From the NCBI GenBank assembly GCA_017461745.1, contig JAFTXE010000105.1, positions 34,070 through 98,069 on the forward strand: a stretch of DNA of 64,000 nucleotides, in the 5' to 3' direction. A program made the position numbers and the translations under genes. Origin of the DNA: Clostridia bacterium. GTDB lineage: Bacteria; Bacillota; Clostridia; Oscillospirales; CAG-272. Each line of letters opens with the position of its first letter. Within the stretch, counting starts at the first letter, position 1. Shown in pieces: positions 1 through 9,129 of the stretch. Under the pieces are notes generated by a model. That model searched no databases, was not told the origin of the DNA, and was given only the letters and a program-made list of their open reading frames with translations.

Positions 1-883
1 CTGCAAGTGCCGCAACAGCTCCGTCGGCAGTAGCCGTCGTTATCTGTCTTATTGCCTTTGTTCTGCAATCTCCCGCAACGAATATACCGTCCGTATCGGT
101 AAGACATTGCTCGTCAGCTATGATATATCCGTATTCGTTGAGTGCTGTAAGATTGGCAAACGCAGTGTTTTCGGGGGCGTGACCGATAGCTACGAACAAT
201 CCGTCAAGAGAAATGGAAAAATCCTCTCCCGTTTTGTCATTGTGAAGCTTGACGCCCGTAAGAACGTCTGCTTTTTCAAAACCCGTAACCACGGTATCGC
301 ATATTATCTTTACGTTTGGCTTTTCTTCAAGTGCGCGAACCATCTTAGCTTCGCCCGTAAGCTTGGAGAGGTTTTGAATAATAACCACCTCGCTACAGGT
401 CTCACTGAGCATCATAGCCTCAACCAAAGCCGAGTTGCCGCCGCCGACTACTCCTACCTTTTGATTAGCGTAAAACGCGCCGTCGCATACGGCGCAGAAG
501 GAAATACCCTCGCCGATAAGCTCTTCCTCACCTTCAACGCCGAGATGTCTGTGCTTAGCGCCCGTTGCGATAATAACCGTCTTTGACTGAAATTCACCCA
601 TATCGGTAATTACCGTTTTGGTGTCTCCGTTGTTGACTATGCCCGTTACCTCCGCAAGCTCTATATCAGCTCCGTGTTCGGTAACCTGAGAGAGAAGCTG
701 CTCGGCAAACTCGTTTCCGCTTACCTGCATAAAGCCGGGATAATTTTCTATTTTAGGAGAATAGGTTATCTGACCGCCAAAGGTCTCCTTCTCGATAACC
801 AAAACCTTTTTATCGGCGCGAAGAGCGTAAAGAGCGGCTGTAAGTCCCGCAGGTCCTGCGCCTACAATAATAATATCATACAT
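1..883 (-). CDS. trxB: thioredoxin-disulfide reductase (C-terminus beyond window start)
   Basis: Absent from the ORF track because it is open at the window edge. Reverse-complement translation from ATG (881-883) reads MYDIIIVGAGPAGLTAALYALRADKKVLVIEKE (GxGxxG FAD fold). Redox-active ISFCAVCDGAFY (CxxC) lies near nt 470-500. Confidence 0.85.
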   Translation of the reverse strand, partial: MYDIIIVGAGPAGLTAALYALRADKKVLVIEKETFGGQITYSPKIENYPGFMQVSGNEFAEQLLSQVTEHGADIELAEVTGIVNNGDTKTVITDMGEFQSKTVIIATGAKHRHLGVEGEEELIGEGISFCAVCDGAFYANQKVGVVGGGNSALVEAMMLSETCSEVVIIQNLSKLTGEAKMVRALEEKPNVKIICDTVVTGFEKADVLTGVKLHNDKTGEDFSISLDGLFVAIGHAPENTAFANLTALNEYGYIIADEQCLTDTDGIFVAGDCRTKAIRQITTATADGAVAALA

Positions 884-936
884 AACAATACCTCTGAAAA
901 GTGGGGCTGCGCGCAATTGTCACAGCCCCATTATTT

Positions 937-3315
937 TTATGCCTTTACCGTATCAATAAACTTACGGATATTGGAAACGTTTACTATCTTTTCTGCCTTG
1001 CCGTCCTTGATAACTACAAGGGTGGGCGCTTGCATGATGCCATACTGCTTTGCGGCTTCGAGATCCTTATTTGCGTAAATCTTATCATAGGAGATTCCCG
1101 CGTCGTCAAGGAACTTTTCTGCCATCTTACAGTTGGGGCAAGTCTCGGTCTTGAAAAGAATTATCTTGTCGTCGGATGCGGTTTCGCATACGCAAGCTTC
1201 CTCAGCCACAGGCGCTGCCTTCTTCTTGTCGAACTTCTCAACGGAGGTTGCAATGTTATAGAGCTTACGGTTCTTGTATTCCTCGGTCTTACCGTCATTC
1301 CAGTTCTGAACGGGACGGTAATAACCGGTTATACGGCTGTATACCTCAGTCTTTTCGCCGCAGAAGGGACAAGTGAATTTCTCACCCGCGATATATCCGT
1401 GAGCCTTACATACAGAGTAAGTGGGAGACATGGTGTAGTAGGGAAGCTTATAGTTTTCAGCAATCTTGCGAACAAGATTTGCGGCAGACTCCCAAGATGG
1501 AAGCTTTTCACCGAGGAACGCATGGAATACAGTTCCCGAGGTGTAGAGCGTCTGGAGCTCGTCCTGAATGTCAAGCGCTTCGAAGATATCTTCGGTGTAA
1601 CCAACGGGCAGATGAGAGGAGTTGGTATAATAGGGAGTCTTTCCGTTCTCGGAAGCAGTAATGATGTTAGGAAATCTCTTTACGTCGTGTTTAGCAAGAC
1701 GGTAGGAGGTAGATTCCGCGGGAGTTGCTTCGAGGTTGTAAAGGTCGCCGTACTTTTCCTGATAATCGGAAAGTCTCTCTCTCATATGATTGAGAACGTT
1801 CTTGGTAAATTCCTGAGCTTCCTTATTGGTAAGATCCTTCTTTATCCAATTAGCGTTGAGACAAGCTTCGTTCATACCAACGAGACCGATGGTAGAGAAG
1901 TGGTTGTTGAACGTACCGAGATATCTCTTGGTGTAAGGATAAAGACCCTCGTCAAGAAGCTTGGTTATAACGGTTCTCTTAATCTTAAGGCTTCGAGCCG
2001 CAATATCCATCTTATGATCAAGACGGGCATAGAAATCAGCCTCGTCCTCAGCGAGATAAGCAATTCTCGGAATGTTTATGGTAACAACGCCGATAGAACC
2101 CGTGCTCTCACCGCTACCGAAGAATCCGCCGGACTTCTTGCGAAGCTCACGGAGGTCAAGACGCAGACGGCAGCACATACTTCTTACGTCACTGGGCTCC
2201 ATGTCGGAGTTGATGTAGTTGGAGAAGTAAGGTGTACCGTATTTAGCGGTCATTTCAAACAAGAGCTTGTTGTTCTCGGTCTCAGACCAGTCAAAGTTGC
2301 TTGTAATGGAGTAGGTGGGAATAGGATACTGGAAGCCTCTTCCGTTAGCGTCACCCTCAATCATAGTTTCGATGAACGCCTTGTTGACCATATCCATTTC
2401 CTTCTTACAATCCTTGTACTTGAAGTCCATTTCCTTACCGCCGACTATAGCGGGCAGCTCTGCAAGGTCTGCGGGAACGGTCCAGTCAAGAGTAATGTTA
2501 GAGAAGGGAGCTTGAGTACCCCAACGAGAAGGTGTATTTACACCGAAAATAAAGGATTCGATGCACTTTTTAACCTGATCGTAGCTGAGGTTATCAACCT
2601 TAACGAAGGGAGCGAGATAAGTGTCAAACGAAGAGAATGCCTGTGCGCCAGCCCATTCGTTCTGCATGATACCGAGGAAGTTTACCATCTGGTTGCAGAG
2701 CGTTGCGAGGTGGCTTGCGGGAGCGGAAGTTATCTTACCAGTAACACCGCCAAGACCCTCTTGAATAAGCTGCTTGAGCGACCAACCTGCGCAGTAACCC
2801 GTCAGCATGGAAAGGTCGTGCAGGTGAATGTCTGCATTTCTGTGTGCGTTTGCTATCTCGTCGTCATAAATCTCGGAGAGCCAATAGTTAGCAGTGATAG
2901 CGCCCGAGTTGCTGAGTATAAGACCTCCAACCGAATAAGTAACGGTAGAGTTCTCCTTAACACGCCAGTCAATATTGTTTACGTAGCTGTCAACGATATC
3001 CTTGTAGTCAAGAATAGTTGACTTCATGTTACGCATCTTTTCTCTCTGTCTACGGTAGAGAATATAAGCCTTAGCTATATCCGCATAGCCCGCCTGAACG
3101 AGAGTGGACTCAACGCTGTCCTGAATATCCTCGACAGCGATAAGACCTTCCTTTATTTTAGGCTCGAAATCCGCAGTTACCTTAAGTGCGAGAAAATCGA
3201 TTACTGTAGGGTGATATTGCTTTTCCTGTGCTTCAAATGCAAGTCGTATTGCTTCGCTTATCTTTTCAAGGCTGAAGTCTACGATCTTACCGTCTCTTTT
3301 TAAAACCTGATACAT
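937..3315 (-). CDS. nrdD: anaerobic (class III) ribonucleoside-triphosphate reductase with fused C-terminal glutaredoxin-like domain
   Basis: 792 aa. ATP-cone N-terminus (MYQVLKRDGKIVDFSLEKI). Zn-ribbon CPFCGEKTE and glycyl-radical motif SRITGYYRPV. An extra ~100 aa tail ends in a thioredoxin fold with CPNC. SD AAGGAGGAAAAA precedes the ATG. Confidence 0.93.
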   Translation of the reverse strand: MYQVLKRDGKIVDFSLEKISEAIRLAFEAQEKQYHPTVIDFLALKVTADFEPKIKEGLIAVEDIQDSVESTLVQAGYADIAKAYILYRRQREKMRNMKSTILDYKDIVDSYVNNIDWRVKENSTVTYSVGGLILSNSGAITANYWLSEIYDDEIANAHRNADIHLHDLSMLTGYCAGWSLKQLIQEGLGGVTGKITSAPASHLATLCNQMVNFLGIMQNEWAGAQAFSSFDTYLAPFVKVDNLSYDQVKKCIESFIFGVNTPSRWGTQAPFSNITLDWTVPADLAELPAIVGGKEMDFKYKDCKKEMDMVNKAFIETMIEGDANGRGFQYPIPTYSITSNFDWSETENNKLLFEMTAKYGTPYFSNYINSDMEPSDVRSMCCRLRLDLRELRKKSGGFFGSGESTGSIGVVTINIPRIAYLAEDEADFYARLDHKMDIAARSLKIKRTVITKLLDEGLYPYTKRYLGTFNNHFSTIGLVGMNEACLNANWIKKDLTNKEAQEFTKNVLNHMRERLSDYQEKYGDLYNLEATPAESTSYRLAKHDVKRFPNIITASENGKTPYYTNSSHLPVGYTEDIFEALDIQDELQTLYTSGTVFHAFLGEKLPSWESAANLVRKIAENYKLPYYTMSPTYSVCKAHGYIAGEKFTCPFCGEKTEVYSRITGYYRPVQNWNDGKTEEYKNRKLYNIATSVEKFDKKKAAPVAEEACVCETASDDKIILFKTETCPNCKMAEKFLDDAGISYDKIYANKDLEAAKQYGIMQAPTLVVIKDGKAEKIVNVSNIRKFIDTVKA

Positions 3316-3364
3316 TTTTTCCTCCTTTTTAACTTCCTTATTTGTTTTTTAGTTAGCATATATT

Positions 3365-3393
3365 ATTATAAATGATTTTATTCAAATTGTCAA
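3365..3393 (-). promoter_or_regulatory. sigma-A type promoter of nrdD (TTGACA-17-TATAAT on minus strand)
   Basis: Minus-strand TTGACA at 3388-3393 and TATAAT at 3365-3370, with an exact 17-nt spacer. It lies about 50 nt upstream of the nrdD ATG. Confidence 0.65.
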
Positions 3394-3404
3394 TTGTGAG
3401 AAAT

Positions 3405-3482
3405 CACAATATATTGGGTTTGTTATTGTGTGTTATAACTACATATTGTGGTACGTCGGAGAAATCAACACTATATTTAGTG
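3405..3482 (-). promoter_or_regulatory. three phased NrdR boxes
   Basis: CACAATATATTGGG (3405-3418). AACTACATATTGTG (3437-3450; reverse complement CACAATATGTAGTT). CACTATATTTAGTG (3469-3482). All match the NrdR-box core acaCwAtATaTwgtgt. Centres are 32 nt apart, and the array sits directly upstream of the nrdD -35. Confidence 0.65.
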
Positions 3483-3549
3483 GAATATCAAAAATGCCCA
3501 CAACTGTTAATTGCTGATTTTTTCATTCACCATAACGCACTTCTTATTA

Positions 3550-4239
3550 TTATATTCCTCTAATACCGCAATCAAGTACGTACGGACGAATTGCTTCAAG
3601 CATTTTTCTTAAAGCTTCCTCCGAATGCTCCGTATATCCCGATACAATCGTCTCGTCGGTATCTCTGAAATTTTGCAAAAAATAGCGTTTAGCTCCCGAT
3701 ATGGATTTGGCAATGCTCAAAATGTCCTCTTCGGAATGAAGCTCCTTGACGACGGTTGTGCGGAATTCGTAATCAATACCGCTGTTCATTATAAGCTCTA
3801 TGCTTTTGAAAATGTTTTCACAAGTATCCTTAATTCCCGCCGTCTCTGAATATTTTTCTTTCGAATTTTTTATATCCATAGCAACGTAATCCACGATTTT
3901 AAGCGAGATGATCTCCTTTAGTCTCTCGTAAAAAGAACCGTTCGTGTCTAACTTTACTGAAAAGCCCATAGAATGAATTCTTTCAATAAAGGGAATAATG
4001 TCATTTTGAAGCAGAGGCTCTCCGCCCGTTATACAAACGCCGTCAAGAATACCTTTTCTTTTTGATAAAAATGAGAAGAATTCTTCTTCCGAAATATCCG
4101 TTACTTCGTTGGGAGATAATACTAACGAAGCGTTATGGCAAAACGGGCAACGAAAATTGCAGCCGCCCGTAAAAACGGTGCAGGCAACCTTGCCGGGAAA
4201 ATCTAAAAGCGTAGTTTTCTGTAGTCCTTTGATATGCAT
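3550..4239 (-). CDS. nrdG: anaerobic ribonucleotide reductase activating protein (radical SAM)
   Basis: 229 aa with a CNFRCPFCHN radical-SAM cluster motif and GGEPLL. It is adjacent to nrdD on the same strand. Confidence 0.92.
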   Translation of the reverse strand: MHIKGLQKTTLLDFPGKVACTVFTGGCNFRCPFCHNASLVLSPNEVTDISEEEFFSFLSKRKGILDGVCITGGEPLLQNDIIPFIERIHSMGFSVKLDTNGSFYERLKEIISLKIVDYVAMDIKNSKEKYSETAGIKDTCENIFKSIELIMNSGIDYEFRTTVVKELHSEEDILSIAKSISGAKRYFLQNFRDTDETIVSGYTEHSEEALRKMLEAIRPYVLDCGIRGI

Positions 4240-4472
4240 GTTTTTACTCCTTTTTTATTATTTAAGGGCAAACCTATTGATTGCTTTGTGATTAATTTAA
4301 CGGGTTTGTTAAATTATGCTTTTTTACAATATTTTACTGTGTGAAAAATTGGATACACTCATAATTGAATTTGATGTCGAAATATGATAGAATAAACTTG
4401 TCGACGACGAATAATTAAACTTTTTATAAGAAAAAACGGAAATATTATAGTCAAAAACGGAGGTTGATATTT

Positions 4473-6230
4473 ATGACGATTTTTGATTTACTTACTCTTA
4501 TATTCGGTTTATCGCTGTTCCTTTTTGGAATGACACTTATGGGCGATACTCTGAAAAAAAGCGCGGGCGGCAAGCTGAAAATAATTCTCGGAAAGCTTAC
4601 GGACAGCCCACTGAAAGGCTTTGCCCTTGGCTTTGCGGTTACCGCAATAATTCAATCGTCCTCTGCGACGACGGTCATGGTCGTGGGCTTTGTTAACTCG
4701 GGAACTATGCTTCTGTCGCAGGCAGTAGGCGTTATTATGGGAGCTAACGTCGGAACGACGGTTACCTCGTGGCTGACGGCGCTATCTGGTATAGGCAGCG
4801 GCGGTGCTGTAAACTCTGTCATGCAGTGGTTTAAGCCCTCAACCTTCACCCCCGTAATCGCGCTCGTTGGATTGCTGCTGTACATGGCAGGGAAGAACGA
4901 CAAAAAGAAAAATCTCGGTCTTATTCTTCTTGGGTTTTCTGTGTTGATGATAGGAATGGATACCATGTCGGACGCTGTTTCGGGACTTGCGGAAAACCAG
5001 ACCTTCCGATCAATTCTCATGATGTTTGAGAACCCTATTCTTGGCATGCTTGCGGGACTTGTTTTGACCGCAATTGTGCAAAGCTCGTCCGCATCTATCG
5101 GTATTCTCCAATCCTTTACGGCAACGGGCGCTATAACCTTTGGAAACGCTGTGCCGATTATCATGGGTCAGAATATAGGAACTTGTGTTACTGCGCTGAT
5201 ATCCTCAACGGGAACGAGCAAGAACGCCAAGAGAACTGCGGTAGTTCATTTGCTGTTCAACGTATTCGGTTCGGCAGTATGTATGATAGTATTTTATTTA
5301 TTGAAGGGCGTCGCCAATATCGCATTCCTTGACGGAAATATCGATATGTGGGGAATTGCGATAGTTCATACCATATTCAATATAATTACCGTTATAGCGC
5401 TGCTTCCTTTTTCCAAGCAGCTTGAAAAGCTTGCTATCAAGCTTGTGCGCGATAAGAAGGGAGACGATAAATTCAGCATATTTGACGAGAGACTTATCGC
5501 TACACCCTCCGTTGCTATTGAGAGAAGCCGTGAAGGCTCTTTGAAGATGGCGGAAACATCAATGAAGGCATTTTCGGATGCTTGCGCGCTTATTGGCTCA
5601 TATGATGAAAAGATATCGCAGAGGGTAAGGGAATACGAGGGAATATCTGACGAATACGAGGATAGGCTCGGAACTTATCTCGTCAGAATTTCGGAAGAGA
5701 GTATACTTGACTCCGAGAAAAAGGAAACGACCAAGCTCTTGCATATGATAGGAGACTTTGAGAGAATTTCCGACCATGCGGTAAATATAGCGGAATCCGC
5801 CGAGGAGATGCACGATAAGAAAATTACCTTTTCCGAGAGTGCTCAAAAGGAGCTTAAGGTGCTTGTTTCGGCAGTGCTTGAAATCACGGATATAACCTAT
5901 AGGGCTGTAAATGAAGATGACTATGCTCTTGCCGCAACCGTTGAACCGCTTGAGCAGGTAATAGACACTCTCAGAGATTCCATCAAGAAGCGCCATATAA
6001 TTAGACTTCAAAATAGCGAATGTACGATAGAGCACGGATTTATTCTTTCGGATATTCTGAATAATCTTGAGCGTGTTGCCGATCATTGCTCGAATATAGC
6101 GGGCTGCTATATAGAAATGTCCAAGCACAACGCGCTTGACCTTCATAAGTACCTTAAGGATTACAGAGATAAGGAAGAGCATTTTGATACGCTCTTCAAC
6201 GAATTTTCAAAGAAATACGCGCTTGAATAA
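4473..6230 (+). CDS. Na/Pi cotransporter family protein with C-terminal PhoU-like repeats
   Basis: Polytopic N-terminal half with duplicated QSSSA(T/S) motifs, followed by a helical PhoU-like C-terminal half. I chose the ATG at 4473, 9 nt after GGAGG, over the TTG at 4464. Confidence 0.82.
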   Translation: MTIFDLLTLIFGLSLFLFGMTLMGDTLKKSAGGKLKIILGKLTDSPLKGFALGFAVTAIIQSSSATTVMVVGFVNSGTMLLSQAVGVIMGANVGTTVTSWLTALSGIGSGGAVNSVMQWFKPSTFTPVIALVGLLLYMAGKNDKKKNLGLILLGFSVLMIGMDTMSDAVSGLAENQTFRSILMMFENPILGMLAGLVLTAIVQSSSASIGILQSFTATGAITFGNAVPIIMGQNIGTCVTALISSTGTSKNAKRTAVVHLLFNVFGSAVCMIVFYLLKGVANIAFLDGNIDMWGIAIVHTIFNIITVIALLPFSKQLEKLAIKLVRDKKGDDKFSIFDERLIATPSVAIERSREGSLKMAETSMKAFSDACALIGSYDEKISQRVREYEGISDEYEDRLGTYLVRISEESILDSEKKETTKLLHMIGDFERISDHAVNIAESAEEMHDKKITFSESAQKELKVLVSAVLEITDITYRAVNEDDYALAATVEPLEQVIDTLRDSIKKRHIIRLQNSECTIEHGFILSDILNNLERVADHCSNIAGCYIEMSKHNALDLHKYLKDYRDKEEHFDTLFNEFSKKYALE

Positions 6231-6240
6231 AATTTTAATC

Positions 6241-6276
6241 GGGGATACTTTTTTGAAAGTATCCCCTTGAAATTTT
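6241..6276 (+). terminator. rho-independent terminator
   Basis: GGGGATACTTT / AAAGTATCCCC stem (6241-6266) followed by a T-rich tail. Confidence 0.7.
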
Positions 6277-6328
6277 CTTATCAATATGATATAATAAAGG
6301 TAATTCTGATTTACCTTGTGAGGATTTT

Positions 6329-7201
6329 ATGAATATAGGTGAAAAAATAAAAAGACTACGTACCTCAAAGCTTATGACTCAGTCGGAGCTCGCGGGAACC
6401 GAAATAACGAGAAATATGCTCAGCAGAATAGAAAACGGAGCGGCACAACCGTCCTTGGATACTCTGAGATACATAGCCAAAAAGCTTAACGTATCCCCCG
6501 GATTTTTGCTTGCGGATGCGGGCGATGAGTATATGTATCTGAAGCATACTGAGATGAACGGTATAAAAACCGCGTACTTGGCAGGTGACTATCAGATATG
6601 CAGAGATATTTGTATGAACTCATCAAGCTATGCCGACGACGAGGTGCAGATGATACTCGCCGAATGTAACCATGAGATAGCAAAGGAGAAATTCAGAAGG
6701 GGAAGCCTTCGTTCAGCCTGTGAATACTTTGATATGGCACTTGAGGCGTGTTCTGCAACCATCTATAACACAAATCACATATCCGCCATTTCAGCGATGT
6801 ATTTCAAATATATGAGAAGAATATCCGCAACGCTTTCGTCGAATTATTTTGAAGAATCGGATATTCCAATTTATGCGGCTCTTGACGATGATTTTTGCAA
6901 ATATATCGGAGCGTTTATCTCCATAATGGATGGTGAGAAATATATTTTCGATATTTCCTCAAATCAATCAAGCTTAACGGGACTGCACATTCAGGCGATG
7001 AATTACGTCAGAGAAAAACGATATCAGGAAGCGTATGATTGCTTGCACAAAATACTTGTCGGTGACGAAAGTATACCCGAGCCTATGATGTATTTCGTTT
7101 TCTGCGACCTTGAGATCTGCTGTAAGGAAATAAATAATTTCAAAGGCGCTTACGAATATTCAATAGATAAAATAGAGCTGTTGCAGAAGCTGTTATCTTG
7201 A
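6329..7201 (+). CDS. XRE-family HTH transcriptional regulator with long helical C-terminal domain
   Basis: N-terminus IGEKIKRLRTSKLMTQSELAG...LSRIENGAAQPSLDTLRYIAKKLNV is a classic Cro/C1 HTH. The ~220-aa C-terminal region looks helical-repeat (TPR-like). A TTGAAA-17-TGaTATAAT promoter lies at 6267-6295. Confidence 0.75.
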   Translation: MNIGEKIKRLRTSKLMTQSELAGTEITRNMLSRIENGAAQPSLDTLRYIAKKLNVSPGFLLADAGDEYMYLKHTEMNGIKTAYLAGDYQICRDICMNSSSYADDEVQMILAECNHEIAKEKFRRGSLRSACEYFDMALEACSATIYNTNHISAISAMYFKYMRRISATLSSNYFEESDIPIYAALDDDFCKYIGAFISIMDGEKYIFDISSNQSSLTGLHIQAMNYVREKRYQEAYDCLHKILVGDESIPEPMMYFVFCDLEICCKEINNFKGAYEYSIDKIELLQKLLS

Positions 7202-7975
7202 TCTTTGCAATAGCTTTGAGGTAATAAGCCATGCAAGCGCGTAGAAAATAACACCTACGAGTATATCTGAGGTATAGTATACTATCATGGTGAGGATTTC
7301 TCCTACTCCGTCGGGAGCACCGTATATCTTGGTGTATTTTATATCGTGGTTAATTCTCATTGCTATCTTAATAAAAGAAAGCATCACACCCGCAAACAGA
7401 GCTCCGCATTGAATTGGATTGCTCTTGGTAAATACGGAGGAAAAATTAATTTCTTCAACCAAAGATAAGTCGCCTAACGCTTGGGCGGCTTTTTGTTTTT
7501 GCGCAAGCTGTGCGCGATATCGCTTGCCTAAGAACGTTGAAAAGGCTACCACGGTAAGCGCCATAGCCACCTCTAAGAGCAGATAAGCGCAAACGTTAAA
7601 AATATCCGTCGCATCAATATAGCTATAGGTAACGTATGTAATACCCAATACGGCAAGTCTGCGTATAAAGCACGCGATAGCGTATACTCCGCACAGCGCA
7701 AAAGCCGCCTTGGACGACCTTAGTATTGCGGCGTATATAATTATAGAATAGCATACCGCAAACGCAAGATTTTCCGCGAGCTCAAGAATTATATTTATGA
7801 TATCGGGAACGATTGAAACGCTTACCGTTATATCCGAAAGAGTCCATACGGAAATCGGCTCTAAAACAAAAGTAATGACGGCAAATAAAATGGCGCATGA
7901 GCAAATAAGAATTTTATAAAGATTTATTTTCTGTTCGCCGCTCGAAGCGGAAACCGAAGCCTTGTCTTTTTTCAT
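7193..7975 (-). CDS. polytopic membrane protein, unknown function
   Basis: 260 aa with at least 6 hydrophobic segments. SD GGAGGAG precedes the ATG. It is convergent with the XRE gene and overlaps it by 9 nt. Confidence 0.55.
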   Translation of the reverse strand: MKKDKASVSASSGEQKINLYKILICSCAILFAVITFVLEPISVWTLSDITVSVSIVPDIINIILELAENLAFAVCYSIIIYAAILRSSKAAFALCGVYAIACFIRRLAVLGITYVTYSYIDATDIFNVCAYLLLEVAMALTVVAFSTFLGKRYRAQLAQKQKAAQALGDLSLVEEINFSSVFTKSNPIQCGALFAGVMLSFIKIAMRINHDIKYTKIYGAPDGVGEILTMIVYYTSDILVGVIFYALAWLITSKLLQRSR

Positions 7976-8129
7976 AGCTCCTCCGTAAATTTAGAGTATA
8001 ATATATTTTATCATATTCCCGCGAATAATTGATGATATATTTGTAAATATTTATATTTTTTATTTGAACAGTTATATCCGCGTTATTTTTTTGATATAAT
8101 GTAACATCAAAAATAAAGGACGGAATCGT

Positions 8130-8969
8130 ATGAAAAACGCTGATAGTAGCTTATATCAAAAGCTTGATTATTATGAAATGAACGAGAAAACAGACATTCT
8201 TTGTCAGAAGTATTCATTTGTCTCCGTGACAAGTCTCGGACAAACCGTTCTCGGTAAGCGTATTCCTATAATAAGCGTGGGACACGGTAATAAAGAAGTT
8301 CTGTACGTTGGAGCTCAGCGCGGAACGGAGCGCTTAACTGCGTCTTGTCTTTTGAGATACGTTGAGGAGCTTTGCGCCGCTATAGAAAATGACGCAAGAA
8401 TATTTAACTGCTCGGCTAAATATTTGTCGGAAAGCAGAACTGTGTCTGTAATTCCTATGTTAAATCCCGACGGTGCGGAATACTGCGAAAAGGGAATGAC
8501 GCAAGAAAATCCATTGTACGAAAGATTTAATTCAAATGGAACGCAATTTGATTTTTCAAATTGGAGCGGAAATGCATTGGGTATAGAGCTTAAGACCAAC
8601 TATGGAGAGCGCTTTGACGATATAGCGTCAAAGGAATGTACGGCTGAATCGGGAGCGCTTAGAAATTATTTGATGTTTAATGAAAATATTAAATTGGTTC
8701 TGACGTTAGGAAAAGGAGCTTGCGCTGTGACGCACTCAAGCCGTGCGGATACATATTTAAAAATAGATTCATTGGGAAGAGCTATTGCAAGGTTCTGTGA
8801 CGCATCGTATTTTAAGAGCGAGGATATAGGAACACTCAGCGGCTTTTGCGCCGCCGAAAGAGAAATTCCTTGCTATGAGTTAAACAGTGAATATAGGAAT
8901 GAAAGCGATATATTCAACGATTATCTCAGATTGAGAAAGGCTTTGTTCCTGTCTCCGACACTCATATAG
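8130..8969 (+). CDS. M14 (carboxypeptidase / gamma-D-glutamyl-DAP peptidase-like) family homolog with degenerate active-site motifs
   Basis: Family-typical VIPMLNPDGAEY is present. The HxxE zinc motif position reads AQRGTE, and the NRN substrate-arginine position reads KTN. Confidence 0.55.
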   Translation: MKNADSSLYQKLDYYEMNEKTDILCQKYSFVSVTSLGQTVLGKRIPIISVGHGNKEVLYVGAQRGTERLTASCLLRYVEELCAAIENDARIFNCSAKYLSESRTVSVIPMLNPDGAEYCEKGMTQENPLYERFNSNGTQFDFSNWSGNALGIELKTNYGERFDDIASKECTAESGALRNYLMFNENIKLVLTLGKGACAVTHSSRADTYLKIDSLGRAIARFCDASYFKSEDIGTLSGFCAAEREIPCYELNSEYRNESDIFNDYLRLRKALFLSPTLI

Positions 8970-9003
8970 ATTGTTATAAACGATTAAAATTTTATAAAAG
9001 CTC

Positions 9004-9100
9004 TTGACAATATTACAAAAAAGTAGTACTATATAAATGGTGAAAGAGCATTTTTGACCTTCGTCTCTTTGCTAAAAAAGACAGACGAAGGTTTTTTATT
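9004..9100 (+). promoter_or_regulatory. internally deleted copy of the ilvA T-box leader (promoter + terminator only)
   Basis: TTGACA (9004-9009), 17 nt, TACTAT. This is followed directly by GGTGAAAGAGCATTTTT and a 10-bp terminator hairpin ACCTTCGTCT/AGACGAAGGT (9057-9092) plus a T-tract. Both ends are near-identical to 10291-10333 and 10556-10613. Confidence 0.55.
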
Positions 9101-9129
9101 TTATTGAAAATCTTTGATAAGGAGCTCAT

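Noticed and set aside
901-3021. 706-aa + strand ORF, plus 107-586 and 674-1078, antisense to nrdD/trxB
   Set aside because: These are shadow ORFs. The opposite strand encodes complete, motif-rich NrdD and TrxB. The + strand translations are low-complexity, V/L/G/S-rich, have no recognisable motif and have no SD.
4240-4472. Search for NrdR boxes or a riboswitch upstream of nrdG
   Set aside because: The best candidate (ACAATATTTTACTGTG near 4330) fits the NrdR consensus poorly and has no phased partner.
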